A program made the position numbers and the translations under genes. A stretch of 64,000 nt of DNA from Deferribacterales bacterium (lineage in GTDB: Bacteria > Chrysiogenota > Deferribacteres > Deferribacterales > Geovibrionaceae): NCBI GenBank assembly GCA_050251875.1, contig JBFWMA010000001.1, positions 433,587 to 497,586 of the forward strand. The letters are read 5' to 3'. This document shows positions 43,889-54,178 of this stretch, piece after piece; within the stretch, counting starts at the first letter, position 1, and each line of letters starts with the position of its first letter. The notes beneath the pieces are model-generated. The model was given only the letters and a program-made list of their open reading frames with translations, was not told the origin of the DNA and ran no database searches.

Positions 43889-44662
43889 ATGATACACAAA
43901 GACGCATACATCCACCCGTCCGCCGTAATCGCGGACTCAGCAGAGATCGATAAAGGCGCTTACATAGGTAAGGGCTGTGTTATCGGAGAGAACGTGACAG
44001 TGGGATACAACGCTGTCATAGAATGCCACACCACAGTAGGTGACGGCACCAGAGTGTTTGCCAACGCTCATATCGGCGGAGAACCTCAGGATTACAGCTT
44101 TAAAGGCGAAGACACAAAACTTATCATAGGCAAAAACTGCATGATAAGAGAGTTCGCCACTGTGCACAGAGCCTCCACGAAAGAGGATGTATGGGAGACC
44201 AGAGTGGGAGACAACTGCTTTCTGATGGCGTATTCCCACGTTGGACACGACTGCAAGCTGGAGAACAACATCACCATGACTACCTTCACAGCCCTGGGCG
44301 GACACTGCCGTGTGGGCGCTAACACCGTGATAGGCGGTTTCACCGGAGCTCACCAGTTCGTCCGCATCGGCACAGGCTGTATGATAGGCGGTATGTCCGG
44401 TCTCAGAAAAGACGTTCCCCCCTTCTGTATGGTTGCGGGCAACCCCGCAGAGATAGAGGGGCTGAATCTTGTGGGGCTGAAACGCAGAGGCGTCACTCCC
44501 GAGGTGCGCATGGAGCTGAAAAGAGCTCTGAAGATATACATGAACCTCACAGTAAAGCTCGCCGATGTCACAGACAAGCTGGCGGAGCTGAAACAGTTTG
44601 ACGAAGTAAAAATATTCATAGACTTCATACAGGACAGCAAGAGAAGTTTCCAAAGGAGCTGA
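43889..44662 (+). CDS. lpxA: UDP-N-acetylglucosamine acyltransferase
   Basis: Hexapeptide repeats, GGEPQD, HVGHDC, HQFVRIG, GLKRRG. Confidence 0.95.
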   Translation: MIHKDAYIHPSAVIADSAEIDKGAYIGKGCVIGENVTVGYNAVIECHTTVGDGTRVFANAHIGGEPQDYSFKGEDTKLIIGKNCMIREFATVHRASTKEDVWETRVGDNCFLMAYSHVGHDCKLENNITMTTFTALGGHCRVGANTVIGGFTGAHQFVRIGTGCMIGGMSGLRKDVPPFCMVAGNPAEIEGLNLVGLKRRGVTPEVRMELKRALKIYMNLTVKLADVTDKLAELKQFDEVKIFIDFIQDSKRSFQRS

Positions 44663-44666
44663 TCAT

Positions 44667-45644
44667 ATGGTTAAAACAGGTATAATCGGACTCGGCAGAA
44701 TGGGCAGATACCATCTGAACCTGAATGACGAGATGCCCGAATCAGACCTTCAGATGATATGCGACCCTTCTGACGCAGTGCGTGAGGCAGTCGCTAAAAA
44801 TTTTAAATATGAATCCACAGCGGATTTTCATAAAATGCTTGATAAGGTGGACGCTATCACCATAGCCGCCCCCACAAAATATCACTACGAAATAGCAAAA
44901 GAGTGTCTTCAGGCAGGAAAACACCTGCTGGTGGAAAAACCCATCACTGTGAATCTGGAAGAGGCTACAGAGCTTTTCGAAATAGCGGAGAAGAACAATC
45001 TGGTTCTGCATATCGGTCACGTTGAAAGATTCAACGGAGCTGTGCAGGAGCTGAAATCCATCACCGAAAACCCCTATCTGGTGGAATCAAGACGTGTGGG
45101 ACCTTATAACCCTAATTTCAAGAACGACTCTATCGTTCTCGATTTGATGATCCACGACATCGACATCATCCTGAACATGGTTAACCGTGACATAATAGGC
45201 GTTTCTGCCACAGGAAGCTGTATTCTGTCGCCCACACCCGATCTCGCGAACGCCTCTATCCACTTCGAGGGCGGATGCGTGGCGAATATTCTGGTGAGCC
45301 GTGTGACACAGAAAAAAGACAGAACAATGGGAATCTCTCAGGAAGGCGCATACATATACCTCGACTACACCACTCAGGATATCAACATCTACAGAGAGGC
45401 GAAAGAGGGCAAGGTATTCGGCGACAGAGAGATGAAATACAAGAACGAATACATCTATGAGAAACTCTTCGTATATAAAGACAACCCTCTTAAGATGGAG
45501 ATAAAACACTTCCTTGAGTGTGTTGCCGGAAAACAGGAGCGCAAGGTTACTGTGGCGCACGAACTGCGTTCTCTGAAAGTCGCTCTGAAGATAGACGAGC
45601 TTCTGAAACAGAAATGCGACAACAGGCTTGAGGTTACGATTTGA
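44667..45644 (+). CDS. Gfo/Idh/MocA oxidoreductase, GnnA-like
   Basis: GLGRMG, VEKP, GHVERFN, DLMIHDID; directly after lpxA. Confidence 0.8.
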   Translation: MVKTGIIGLGRMGRYHLNLNDEMPESDLQMICDPSDAVREAVAKNFKYESTADFHKMLDKVDAITIAAPTKYHYEIAKECLQAGKHLLVEKPITVNLEEATELFEIAEKNNLVLHIGHVERFNGAVQELKSITENPYLVESRRVGPYNPNFKNDSIVLDLMIHDIDIILNMVNRDIIGVSATGSCILSPTPDLANASIHFEGGCVANILVSRVTQKKDRTMGISQEGAYIYLDYTTQDINIYREAKEGKVFGDREMKYKNEYIYEKLFVYKDNPLKMEIKHFLECVAGKQERKVTVAHELRSLKVALKIDELLKQKCDNRLEVTI

Positions 45645-46441
45645 AAACCGGACTCATAGCCGGTTACGGCGTTCTGCCGAAAATCGCTTATGACAATCTG
45701 CTGTCCAAAGGGCACGATGTTTTTGTCGTGGCTCTCAGCGAAGAGGTGACGGAGAGCTTTTCTGACGTTCCGCAGGCGGATATCATCAGAATAAGCGTCA
45801 CCCAGACAGGCAAAATAATCAAAACGCTCAAAAATAATAATGTTAAAAAGGTCTTGTTCGCCGGAAAGGTGAACAAGACCATTATTTTTTCCAGCCTGAA
45901 GTTCGACCTGACAGCGGTCAAGCTGTTGGCGTCACTCAGAAACCGCAAAGATGACACCGTTATGGACGCCGTGTGCGACCTGATGATATCCGAAGGGTTC
46001 GAGATCATGCCCCAGACGGAGGCGCTGGACTGTCTGTATCTGCCAAAAGGCGTATACACCAGAAAGAAACCGTCCAGAGAACAGCTGGAGGACGTGGAGT
46101 TCGGGCTGATGACGGCGAAGGAACTGGGCAGGCTGGACATAGGTCAGACTGTGGTGGTTAAGGACAAGGCGGTGATGGCTCTGGAAGCTATTGAAGGAAC
46201 AGACAAAGCCGTTGTGAGGGGCTGTCAGCTTGCCAAAAGCGGAGCTGTTATTGTCAAATGCGCAAAACCGTCGCAGGATCTTCGCTATGATATTCCCACT
46301 GTCGGTGTTGACACATTAAAAAATATAGCGGATAATAAAGGTGGTCTTTTAGCCGTGGAGGCAGACAAAACCTTTGTGGTGGACAGAGAGGCCTGCGTTA
46401 ACTACGCTGACAAGAACAATATTATTTTTATGGCGATATAA
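45641..46441 (+). CDS. lpxI: UDP-2,3-diacylglucosamine hydrolase LpxI
   Basis: GLIAGYGVLP, DIGQTVVV, EAIEGTD, QDLRYDIPTVG. Confidence 0.9.
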   Translation: MKTGLIAGYGVLPKIAYDNLLSKGHDVFVVALSEEVTESFSDVPQADIIRISVTQTGKIIKTLKNNNVKKVLFAGKVNKTIIFSSLKFDLTAVKLLASLRNRKDDTVMDAVCDLMISEGFEIMPQTEALDCLYLPKGVYTRKKPSREQLEDVEFGLMTAKELGRLDIGQTVVVKDKAVMALEAIEGTDKAVVRGCQLAKSGAVIVKCAKPSQDLRYDIPTVGVDTLKNIADNKGGLLAVEADKTFVVDREACVNYADKNNIIFMAI

Positions 46442-46443
46442 CT

Positions 46444-46911
46444 ATGAAAGCAGAGTACATCAACCCGTTCATAACGGCAACGAGTGAAGTCTTCAGAACG
46501 ATGCTCAGCATTGATCCTGTCCGCGGACAGCTCTATGTTAAGTCGAGCGAAAAACTCCCCTATGACATATCAGGCATCATCGGCATGGCGGGTGAGGCAT
46601 CCGGTTTCGTCATCATCAGCATGACAGAGACACTGGCGCTGAGAGTCGTGGAGAAGTTCATCGGTGAGAAGAAGGACAAGATAGACGAAGATGTTATGGA
46701 CGCCGTTGGTGAGATTCTGAACATGATCGCCGGAGGGGCAAAACAGGTTTTTTCCCGTACCGGCATCCGCTTTAAAATATCCATACCCAACGTGGTGGCT
46801 GGAAAAGACCACGTTGTGGGCAAACAGAAAAATGTTAAATGCCTCGGAATGACCTTTAAGGTAGATGACGAGGTCTTCGTGATAGAGGTTGCCCTGAAAG
46901 AGGGAGCCTGA
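46444..46911 (+). CDS. cheX: Chemotaxis phosphatase CheX
   Basis: YINPFI, ISGIIG, GEILNMIAG, ISIP. Confidence 0.88.
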   Translation: MKAEYINPFITATSEVFRTMLSIDPVRGQLYVKSSEKLPYDISGIIGMAGEASGFVIISMTETLALRVVEKFIGEKKDKIDEDVMDAVGEILNMIAGGAKQVFSRTGIRFKISIPNVVAGKDHVVGKQKNVKCLGMTFKVDDEVFVIEVALKEGA

Positions 46912-46918
46912 TAAACCT

Positions 46919-47704
46919 ATGGAAAGTCTTTCCGCTTTTTATATCTTCTGCATAGGAGCCTGTCTGGGCAGCTTTATGAATGTGCTGACATGCAGACTGC
47001 CTAGAGGCTGTTCCATCGTCACCCCGCCTTCATCCTGTCCGGTCTGCCGTGTCAGGATACGTCAGTTCGACAATATTCCCATAATAAGCTGGTTCATACT
47101 GAAAGGCAGATGCAGAAACTGCGGCACCAGAATTTCCGTCATGTATCCCATAGCGGAGATAATGACCGGAGCGCTTTTTCTGGCGGCATATATGAAGTTC
47201 GGCATGACATCTCAGATGTATCTTGCTTTCTCTGTTATATTTTTTGGTCTGGCGGCGGCTTTTGCCGATCTGATGACGGCGCTGGACACGGAAAATTTCG
47301 AATGCGGGATAATTCCTGACGGAATAGTATACAGCGGGCTGGGCGTGGGCATCGTACTTTCGTATTTCGCCAACGACTCAATAATTTTTCCCGCATATGG
47401 CGCTGTAACCGGCTTTCTGGGGCTGTTCATTCCTTCATATCTTTTCAAAATCATCAGAAAGAAAGAGGGCATGGGCGGCGGAGACATAAAGCTCACCGCT
47501 ATGTTCGGGGCTATGCTCGGGGCAAAGTCAGTGTTCTTTATCATATTCGGATCAGCGTTTTTCGGCGCTGTTATCGGCATCACAGCGCAGATTATTCTTA
47601 AGAAAAAAAACATGATGATACCGTTCGGTCCTTTCATCACTTTGGCATCAGTCATTTATCTATTCTATGGAAAAATTCTGGACACACTGCTGTTCGGAAT
47701 TTAA
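46919..47704 (+). CDS. pilD: Prepilin peptidase (A24)
   Basis: GSFMNV, two CxxC motifs, GMGGGDIKL, IPFGPF. Confidence 0.92.
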   Translation: MESLSAFYIFCIGACLGSFMNVLTCRLPRGCSIVTPPSSCPVCRVRIRQFDNIPIISWFILKGRCRNCGTRISVMYPIAEIMTGALFLAAYMKFGMTSQMYLAFSVIFFGLAAAFADLMTALDTENFECGIIPDGIVYSGLGVGIVLSYFANDSIIFPAYGAVTGFLGLFIPSYLFKIIRKKEGMGGGDIKLTAMFGAMLGAKSVFFIIFGSAFFGAVIGITAQIILKKKNMMIPFGPFITLASVIYLFYGKILDTLLFGI

Positions 47705-47804
47705 CCGGAAAAACCCAACAGCCTATTGAACATTGAGGCAATATCATATATAACTAACGCTGTTGCGCATTTGCCGGACGGCGGCGCAGATAACCGGAGG
47801 AGAC

Positions 47805-49007
47805 GTGTTAAAGCCTGAAGAGCAGTTAGAACAGATCAAAAGAGGAACAGAGGAGATAATCAGCGAAGAGGATCTTCTCAAAAAGCTACAGAAAGCATAT
47901 GACGAGGGAAAACCCCTTAGAATAAAAGCGGGGTTCGACCCCACCGCTCCCGACCTTCACCTGGGTCACACCGTTCTCATTCAAAAACTCAAACATTTTC
48001 AGGATCTGGGTCACCAGGTTATATTCCTGATCGGTGATTTCACCGGAATGATAGGCGACCCCACAGGAAAGAGCGAGACCAGAAAAGCCCTCACAAAGGA
48101 GCAGGTTCTGGCAAACGCCGAAACATACAAAGAGCAGGTGTTCAAGATTCTTGACCCGGCGAAGACAGAAGTGGCGTTCAACAGCACATGGATGGAAGCC
48201 ATGAACTCTCAGGATATGATCCGTCTGGCTTCTCAGTATACTGTCGCCAGAATGCTGGAGCGTGACGATTTTTCCAAAAGATACGCTAACAACAAACCTA
48301 TAAGCATACACGAATTTCTGTACCCGCTGGTGCAGGGATATGACTCTGTGGCGCTGAAAAGCGATGTGGAGCTGGGCGGAACCGACCAGAAATTCAACCT
48401 TCTGGTGGGAAGAGACCTCCAGAGATCACACGGACAGGCTCCCCAGGTTGCCCTGACCATGCCCATCCTCGAAGGTCTGGACGGCGTGAATAAAATGTCC
48501 AAATCTCTCAATAACTATATAGGCATCGCCGAATCTCCCTCCGACATGTTCGGAAAGATGATGTCCATATCCGATGACCTGATGTTCCGCTACTATCTTC
48601 TGCTTTCCGATAAATCGCTGAGCGAGATAGACGTGCTGAAAAAAGCGGTGAAAGACGGCAGCAAGCATCCTATGGAAGCCAAAAAAGAGCTGGCGTGCGA
48701 GATTATCACCCGCTTCCACAGCGCTCAGGAAGCTCAGGAAGCGAGAGACGGATTTGAGAAAGTATTCTCTCAGAGAGAAAACCCCGAAGATATGCCCGAA
48801 TATACAATGGGCGAGGATGACAAAATCATAGACGCTGTAGACGCTCTGAAGCTGGCTCCCAGCAAGAGCGAAGCGAGAAGAACCGCAAAAGCGGGCGGTG
48901 TATCCATAAACGGTGAAAAGACCGATGACATAGATAAATCACTGCCGAAAGGCGAATATGTTCTGAAAGTCGGCAAACGCAGATTTGCCAAACTTATAGT
49001 AAGCTAG
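47805..49007 (+). CDS. tyrS: Tyrosine--tRNA ligase
   Basis: [27 protein letters not shown]4 domain; GTG after GGAGGA. Confidence 0.97.
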   Translation: MLKPEEQLEQIKRGTEEIISEEDLLKKLQKAYDEGKPLRIKAGFDPTAPDLHLGHTVLIQKLKHFQDLGHQVIFLIGDFTGMIGDPTGKSETRKALTKEQVLANAETYKEQVFKILDPAKTEVAFNSTWMEAMNSQDMIRLASQYTVARMLERDDFSKRYANNKPISIHEFLYPLVQGYDSVALKSDVELGGTDQKFNLLVGRDLQRSHGQAPQVALTMPILEGLDGVNKMSKSLNNYIGIAESPSDMFGKMMSISDDLMFRYYLLLSDKSLSEIDVLKKAVKDGSKHPMEAKKELACEIITRFHSAQEAQEARDGFEKVFSQRENPEDMPEYTMGEDDKIIDAVDALKLAPSKSEARRTAKAGGVSINGEKTDDIDKSLPKGEYVLKVGKRRFAKLIVS

Positions 49008-49017
49008 GAGGATACCC

Positions 49018-50274
49018 GTGTCTATTGTAAGACCGTTCAACGGAGTAAGATACAATCTGGAAGAGGTGCTCTTAAAAAGAGTAGTCGCTCCGCCCTATGA
49101 TGTGATTTCCCCGGAAATGAAACAGGCTCTGAAAGATAAAAGTGAATACAATGTAGTGACTCTCGATCTTCCGGACGGAGAGGACGAAAAATATAACAAC
49201 GCCGCTAAGCTCTATCAGGAATATCTGGACAAAAAAGTTCTGGTAAAAGATCTGAAACCCGGATTCTATGTGTATGAGCAGGTATATGAATACTGCGGTA
49301 AGGAATATGTGCGCACAGGCTTTATCGGACTTTTAAAGATAGAGGAGCTGGGAAAAGGCTCAGTCTATCCCCACGAAAAGACCCTTTCCGGTCCCAAAAA
49401 GGACAGGTTCGAGCTGATGAAAGCGTGCAAAACCAACTTCAGCCAGATATTCGGTCTCTATATGGACAAAGAGAACAGGATGAACCTTGTTTTCAATGAC
49501 GCTAAAAAGAATATGCCCACGGCTTCCGCTCTGGATGACGAAGGCGTAAAAAATACCATCTGGTCTGTGAGCGATGAGAACACTGTCCGCATGATAGAAG
49601 ATTTCATGAAGGACAAGGCTATCTATATCGCTGACGGTCACCACAGATATGAAACAGCTCTGAACTACCGTGACTATGCCAGAGAGCTGAACAAAGACGT
49701 GGAGAAAGAGGAAAAACCCTATGACTATGTCATGATGATGTTCGTTAACTTTTATGACGAAGGTCTGAAAATTTTCCCCACACACAGAGTTCTTGAGGTT
49801 GAAGAAGGATTCGATTTCAAAGGATTCACTGAGAAACTCTCTTTCGACTTTGTTATAGAGACTCTCGACTGCGCAGAAGCGGCGGACAGATATGTGAACG
49901 ATCCGGCGTCCGGACGTGCTATGGCTATCTATTTCGACAACACCTACTATGGCATAAAAGCCAAAGATGACGTTATAGAAAAACTGAACCCCGTCTACCG
50001 AAAGGTGGACACCTACCTCCTTCAGGAAGGTATCATGAAGAAATTCCTCGGCGTGTCAGACGACCGCCTGCTGAAAAAAGAGGGTGTCTATTTCGTGCAG
50101 AAACTCGACCAGATAGAAAAGCTGGCAGAGGGCAAAAAAGCAGTGGGATTCATTCTGAAAGGCGTGGATATCGATATTGTCAGAGAGATATCAGAGAGCG
50201 GTCAGGTTATGCCGCAGAAATCCACCTATTTCTATCCCAAACTTCAGACAGGTCTTGTGATCTATCAGTTCTGA
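49018..50274 (+). CDS. DUF1015-family protein
   Basis: PPYDVI, PHEKT, IADGHHRYETA, PTHR, MPQKSTYFYPK. Confidence 0.9.
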   Translation: MSIVRPFNGVRYNLEEVLLKRVVAPPYDVISPEMKQALKDKSEYNVVTLDLPDGEDEKYNNAAKLYQEYLDKKVLVKDLKPGFYVYEQVYEYCGKEYVRTGFIGLLKIEELGKGSVYPHEKTLSGPKKDRFELMKACKTNFSQIFGLYMDKENRMNLVFNDAKKNMPTASALDDEGVKNTIWSVSDENTVRMIEDFMKDKAIYIADGHHRYETALNYRDYARELNKDVEKEEKPYDYVMMMFVNFYDEGLKIFPTHRVLEVEEGFDFKGFTEKLSFDFVIETLDCAEAADRYVNDPASGRAMAIYFDNTYYGIKAKDDVIEKLNPVYRKVDTYLLQEGIMKKFLGVSDDRLLKKEGVYFVQKLDQIEKLAEGKKAVGFILKGVDIDIVREISESGQVMPQKSTYFYPKLQTGLVIYQF

Positions 50275-50296
50275 TAATTTTTCTTAGATATTCATC

Positions 50297-50330
50297 AGGG
50301 GGCATATCATTATGCCCCCTTTGTTTTTTT
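50297..50330 (+). terminator. Intrinsic terminator
   Basis: AGGGGGCATA/TATGCCCCCT plus T-tract. Confidence 0.8.
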
Positions 50331-50437
50331 CTGTGATTAGTATAATAATTAATTATGTACGTTAATTAATACATTAACTTTATTATTGCCAAACTCGCAC
50401 CATTATAATAATGTTATAAAGTTTTAATGGAGGAAGT

Positions 50438-51865
50438 ATGAAGAAGATATTATCATTTTCATTATTTGTTGTATTTTCCGCCCTGTCAGCTTTCGCAGGA
50501 CACGTTGATACTTACGGTATCGGCGCGAAGGCCACATCAATGGGCGGCGCTGTTGTTGCAGGGATAGACGATCCCTACGCCGTTTATTATAACCCCGCGG
50601 CTATGGTGAACATCAAGAGACCCACTCTGTCTCTGGGTACTCACATTGTCGATCCGTCTCTGACTATTAAGGAATATGATGTGGAGACATCCGGACTCCT
50701 TGCCGATCCTTCTTTCGGCGCTGAGGATATCAGCGACAGATCACCTCTGCTGGTAGTTCCTCACTTCGGATATGTAACACCTATCAATGATAAATTTACA
50801 TTCGGTATGGCTTTTTATGTACCCTACGGTCTGGACCTGAGATGGGATGACAACGGCGCCACAAACCCCGCCGCTTATAACACATTCCATTCATGGTACA
50901 AGAGAGAGGTTCTCACACCTTCACTGTCATACAAAGTCAATGACAAGTTCTCTCTCGGCGCCGGTATCTCTCTGGGCAAGGCTCAGGCGGGCAACGAAAG
51001 AATCAGATACGTCCCCGCTAAGCTGAAAAGCTCCGCCGCATGGACAGCGGTTCTGAGTGCGCTGAGACCCGGAGACCCCACAAACGCGGCCACCGCTGCC
51101 GGACTGGCTGCGAAATATACCGCTCTGGGTGACGCCACATTCAACATGAGCTATGAAGACGAGTTTAACATTTCATATAACTTCGGAGCTCTGTACAAGT
51201 TCAACGACAAGTGGAGCGCCGGTATAACATACCGCAGTTTCTCTCACGTTGATCTGGAAGGAACAGCGAAAGTAACCCCCGAGCAGCCTCTCTGGGGCAA
51301 CGATGATCTGGATTCAAACACATCTGTGGATACTCCCGACTCCGTTCAGTTCGGCGTTCAGTACATGATCACACCTAAACTGAGAGTGGAAGCTGACATC
51401 GTGAGAACATTCTGGAGCAACATCGACTCATATACTGTTGAGTTCGAAGATGATCTGCTGAATGTCGCCGGAGCGTCTGAAGAGGTATATCAGAGACACT
51501 GGATGGATACATGGCAGTACAGACTGGGCATGGAGTACAAGCTCAACGATACAGTGGATCTGAGAGCCGGATATTATTATGACGAGTCTACAGTGCCCAA
51601 AGACACATTCGATGTTCTGTGGCCCGACTCAAACAAGCACGTTTTCTCACTGGGAGCCGGTTTCCACTTCGGAAACGTGACACTGGACACAGTTGTTCAG
51701 TATATCTATATCGAAAAACTGACTATCAATCTGGGCGCTTCTGAAAACCTGAACGACAGCTATGTCAGAGAGCTTCTCGGATACAGCATACACGATGCCG
51801 AGGTTGAGGCTGTGGCTGAAGGTCACATCTGGAGTTTCGGTATTACAGCGTCATATAAGTTCTAA
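50438..51865 (+). CDS. OmpP1/FadL-family outer membrane transporter
   Basis: MGGA, YYNPAAM, PYGL, LRAGYYYD; terminal YKF. Confidence 0.9.
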   Translation: MKKILSFSLFVVFSALSAFAGHVDTYGIGAKATSMGGAVVAGIDDPYAVYYNPAAMVNIKRPTLSLGTHIVDPSLTIKEYDVETSGLLADPSFGAEDISDRSPLLVVPHFGYVTPINDKFTFGMAFYVPYGLDLRWDDNGATNPAAYNTFHSWYKREVLTPSLSYKVNDKFSLGAGISLGKAQAGNERIRYVPAKLKSSAAWTAVLSALRPGDPTNAATAAGLAAKYTALGDATFNMSYEDEFNISYNFGALYKFNDKWSAGITYRSFSHVDLEGTAKVTPEQPLWGNDDLDSNTSVDTPDSVQFGVQYMITPKLRVEADIVRTFWSNIDSYTVEFEDDLLNVAGASEEVYQRHWMDTWQYRLGMEYKLNDTVDLRAGYYYDESTVPKDTFDVLWPDSNKHVFSLGAGFHFGNVTLDTVVQYIYIEKLTINLGASENLNDSYVRELLGYSIHDAEVEAVAEGHIWSFGITASYKF

Positions 51866-51876
51866 GATATAATAAC

Positions 51877-51903
51877 AAAGGCGTCTTTTACGGGCGCCTT
51901 TTT
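51877..51903 (+). terminator. Intrinsic terminator
   Basis: AAAGGCGTC/GGCGCCTTT plus T-tract. Confidence 0.65.
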
Positions 51904-51973
51904 CATTTTCTCTTTTCAAGATTTTCAATTTTTAGTATTATCCCAGTAACATGTATGCCGGAGATATGACCCT

Positions 51974-52801
51974 ATGATATCCAGACGGGGATTTTTAAAA
52001 TTATCAGCCTTTTCGGTTTTCGCTTTGTCCGCGGGTGCGCCGTCTGTTTTCGCGTCCGATCATTCTCTGGACAAGTCAGTGTTTCTCAATCAGGAATATT
52101 TCAAGAAAATCAAAGAGTTCGATAAACCGTTCAGCGATGATATGCACGCCGAAAGATGGGAATACGACTATATCCGCTCCTGTGTGAGAAAGCTGTACGG
52201 AGTGCTTTCCGTTGCCGGTTACGGCAATTTTAACATACTCAGCTTTGACGATGCTCTGCGGCTGATGAAGAGAAACCCGAATCTGACACCCTTCACGGCG
52301 AAAGAGGAGGCGTATCTCGACATGCTCTTTCACAGGGACGCCGCCAGATACGGTTTTTACGGAGAAAAAGTTTTTTCCAGACTGACCGACACCATCAGAA
52401 AGAATGATGTGGTTAAGATGCCGGGTACCGGACACTATCTTTATAAGGCGCAGGCGGTGTCTGTATACGGCAAAATCACCAGCGATATGAACACTCTGGT
52501 GCTGACATCCGGTGTCAGAGGCGTTGTGAAACAGCTCTTTCTGTTCATGAACAAAGCGGTTCAGACCGAAGGCAACCTGTCCATGGCTTCCCGTTCGCTG
52601 GCTCCCGCCGGATATTCATATCACGGCGTGGGTGATTTCGATGTGGGGATAAAGGGATGGGGAGCTGACAACTTCACCGATAAGTTCGCCACCACAGACG
52701 AATATGTTAAACTGATAGATTCCGGATATATGCGCATAAGATATGATAAAAAAAATCCATTCGGAGTGCGTTTTGAGCCGTGGCATGTTAAAGTTGTTTA
52801 A
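51974..52801 (+). CDS. Tat-exported M15 (VanY-like) D,D-carboxypeptidase
   Basis: SRRGFLK Tat motif; SGVR, SYHGVGDFD, EPWH. Confidence 0.82.
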   Translation: MISRRGFLKLSAFSVFALSAGAPSVFASDHSLDKSVFLNQEYFKKIKEFDKPFSDDMHAERWEYDYIRSCVRKLYGVLSVAGYGNFNILSFDDALRLMKRNPNLTPFTAKEEAYLDMLFHRDAARYGFYGEKVFSRLTDTIRKNDVVKMPGTGHYLYKAQAVSVYGKITSDMNTLVLTSGVRGVVKQLFLFMNKAVQTEGNLSMASRSLAPAGYSYHGVGDFDVGIKGWGADNFTDKFATTDEYVKLIDSGYMRIRYDKKNPFGVRFEPWHVKVV

Positions 52802-52815
52802 GGCGGTGCCGGGCT

Positions 52816-54084
52816 ATGCTGCTGAAGAGTAAACTGGAAAAAATTATTCTGTCCTTCATCCAGAGGATGGTGATATCTTATACATATTTTCTGCGGAACG
52901 AGCTGAGAAACCACGCCGCCGCGGCAGCTTATTATCTTCTTTTGTCCCTGATCCCTCTTGTGCTGTTTTTCTTCTATATTTTCGATACATTTCTGGCGAA
53001 ATATCCTAACTTTTCAGACGAGCTTTTTTATCTGCTGTCAACCATATCAGACAGTCTGTCCCCGCAGATGTTCAGCGAGCTGGGCATATCCAAGCAGGTC
53101 GGCGGCGCTATCGGTATAGTTGGTCTTCTGAACCTTGTGTGGAGCAGCAGACTGGTTCTGCTGGCTCTCCAGAGAGCCTTTTTCGTGATATTTCCGGCGG
53201 AGCAGAAGCGCAATTTCTTTCTGGAGAACGGGGTGGCGTTCATCATCCTGCCTCTGGTGTTCACCATCGTGCTTGCGCTGTCTATGTTCAGCGGGGCTAA
53301 GGGATTTATTCTGGAGTATATCGAGTTTTACGGAATAGCCGGACCGGTGGTGATAAAGGCGCTGGGCATGGTTTCCATGCTGGTTTCCGGATTTATAGGA
53401 TTTATAATCATATTTTTATCATACAAATATCTTCCGGTGAAAAAACCGGACGCGAAAAGCGCCCTGAGCGGAACACTGCTGTTTCTGGTGCTCTATACGC
53501 TGGTTAAGTTCGCCGCCTTTAAGCTGTTTCACATGTTCAGCATCAATACGGCATACGGCATCATCGGATCTATCATCGTTATTCTGATGTGGGCTTATTT
53601 CGTGTTCATGATATTTCTGTTCTGCGCCCAGTTCGTGTTTGTCTGCTACCGGGCGGATATTCTTATACTGAATATGCTGTTCAGCTCCGAAAGACCGTCA
53701 GCGCTTTTCATGCGCATGAACAGGCACCTGCTGATGAAATATACCCACAGGCTGAAGGAGGGCGACACACTGTTTAATCAGGGTGACGAGTCCTATGACA
53801 TATATTACCTTCAGGAGGGACAACTCAACCTTATTATAGAAGGGCGCCATGTGGGGCACATTCACGAGGGCGAGATATTCGGAGAGATGGCGCATATAAC
53901 GGGCGAAACCAGAAGCGCCACCATAACAGCCGATACGGAAAGCCGTGTGCTGAAACTGTCGCCGAAAAAATTTGACGAGATACTGAAAGACAACAGCATA
54001 CTTTCCAGAAGAATAATCACCACATTATGCTCCAGACTCAGAAAAACCGACATGAGTCTCAAAGCCTCTGAATCCGATGAATAA
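52816..54084 (+). CDS. YihY/BrkB membrane protein fused to a cNMP-binding domain
   Basis: AAAAAYYLLLSLIP, YGIIGSII...WAY; C-terminal LFNQGD...FGEMA...RSAT. Confidence 0.82.
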   Translation: MLLKSKLEKIILSFIQRMVISYTYFLRNELRNHAAAAAYYLLLSLIPLVLFFFYIFDTFLAKYPNFSDELFYLLSTISDSLSPQMFSELGISKQVGGAIGIVGLLNLVWSSRLVLLALQRAFFVIFPAEQKRNFFLENGVAFIILPLVFTIVLALSMFSGAKGFILEYIEFYGIAGPVVIKALGMVSMLVSGFIGFIIIFLSYKYLPVKKPDAKSALSGTLLFLVLYTLVKFAAFKLFHMFSINTAYGIIGSIIVILMWAYFVFMIFLFCAQFVFVCYRADILILNMLFSSERPSALFMRMNRHLLMKYTHRLKEGDTLFNQGDESYDIYYLQEGQLNLIIEGRHVGHIHEGEIFGEMAHITGETRSATITADTESRVLKLSPKKFDEILKDNSILSRRIITTLCSRLRKTDMSLKASESDE

Positions 54085-54108
54085 TCTTTGCATTAATTGA
54101 AAAATTGA

Positions 54109-54137
54109 TTGACATAGGTAGGGCTTTCACCTATAAA
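54109..54137 (+). promoter_or_regulatory. Sigma-70 promoter upstream of ffh
   Basis: TTGACA-17 nt-TATAAA. Confidence 0.55.
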
Positions 54138-54178
54138 CTTTAGTTCACCCTAATAACGTCCTAGAGGTGCGTTTAAAT

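Noticed and set aside
47705..47804. T-box leader before tyrS
   Set aside because: Spacer is too short and has no T-box consensus or terminator.
54085..54178. SRP RNA near ffh
   Set aside because: No SRP helix-8 hairpin; the region looks like a promoter.
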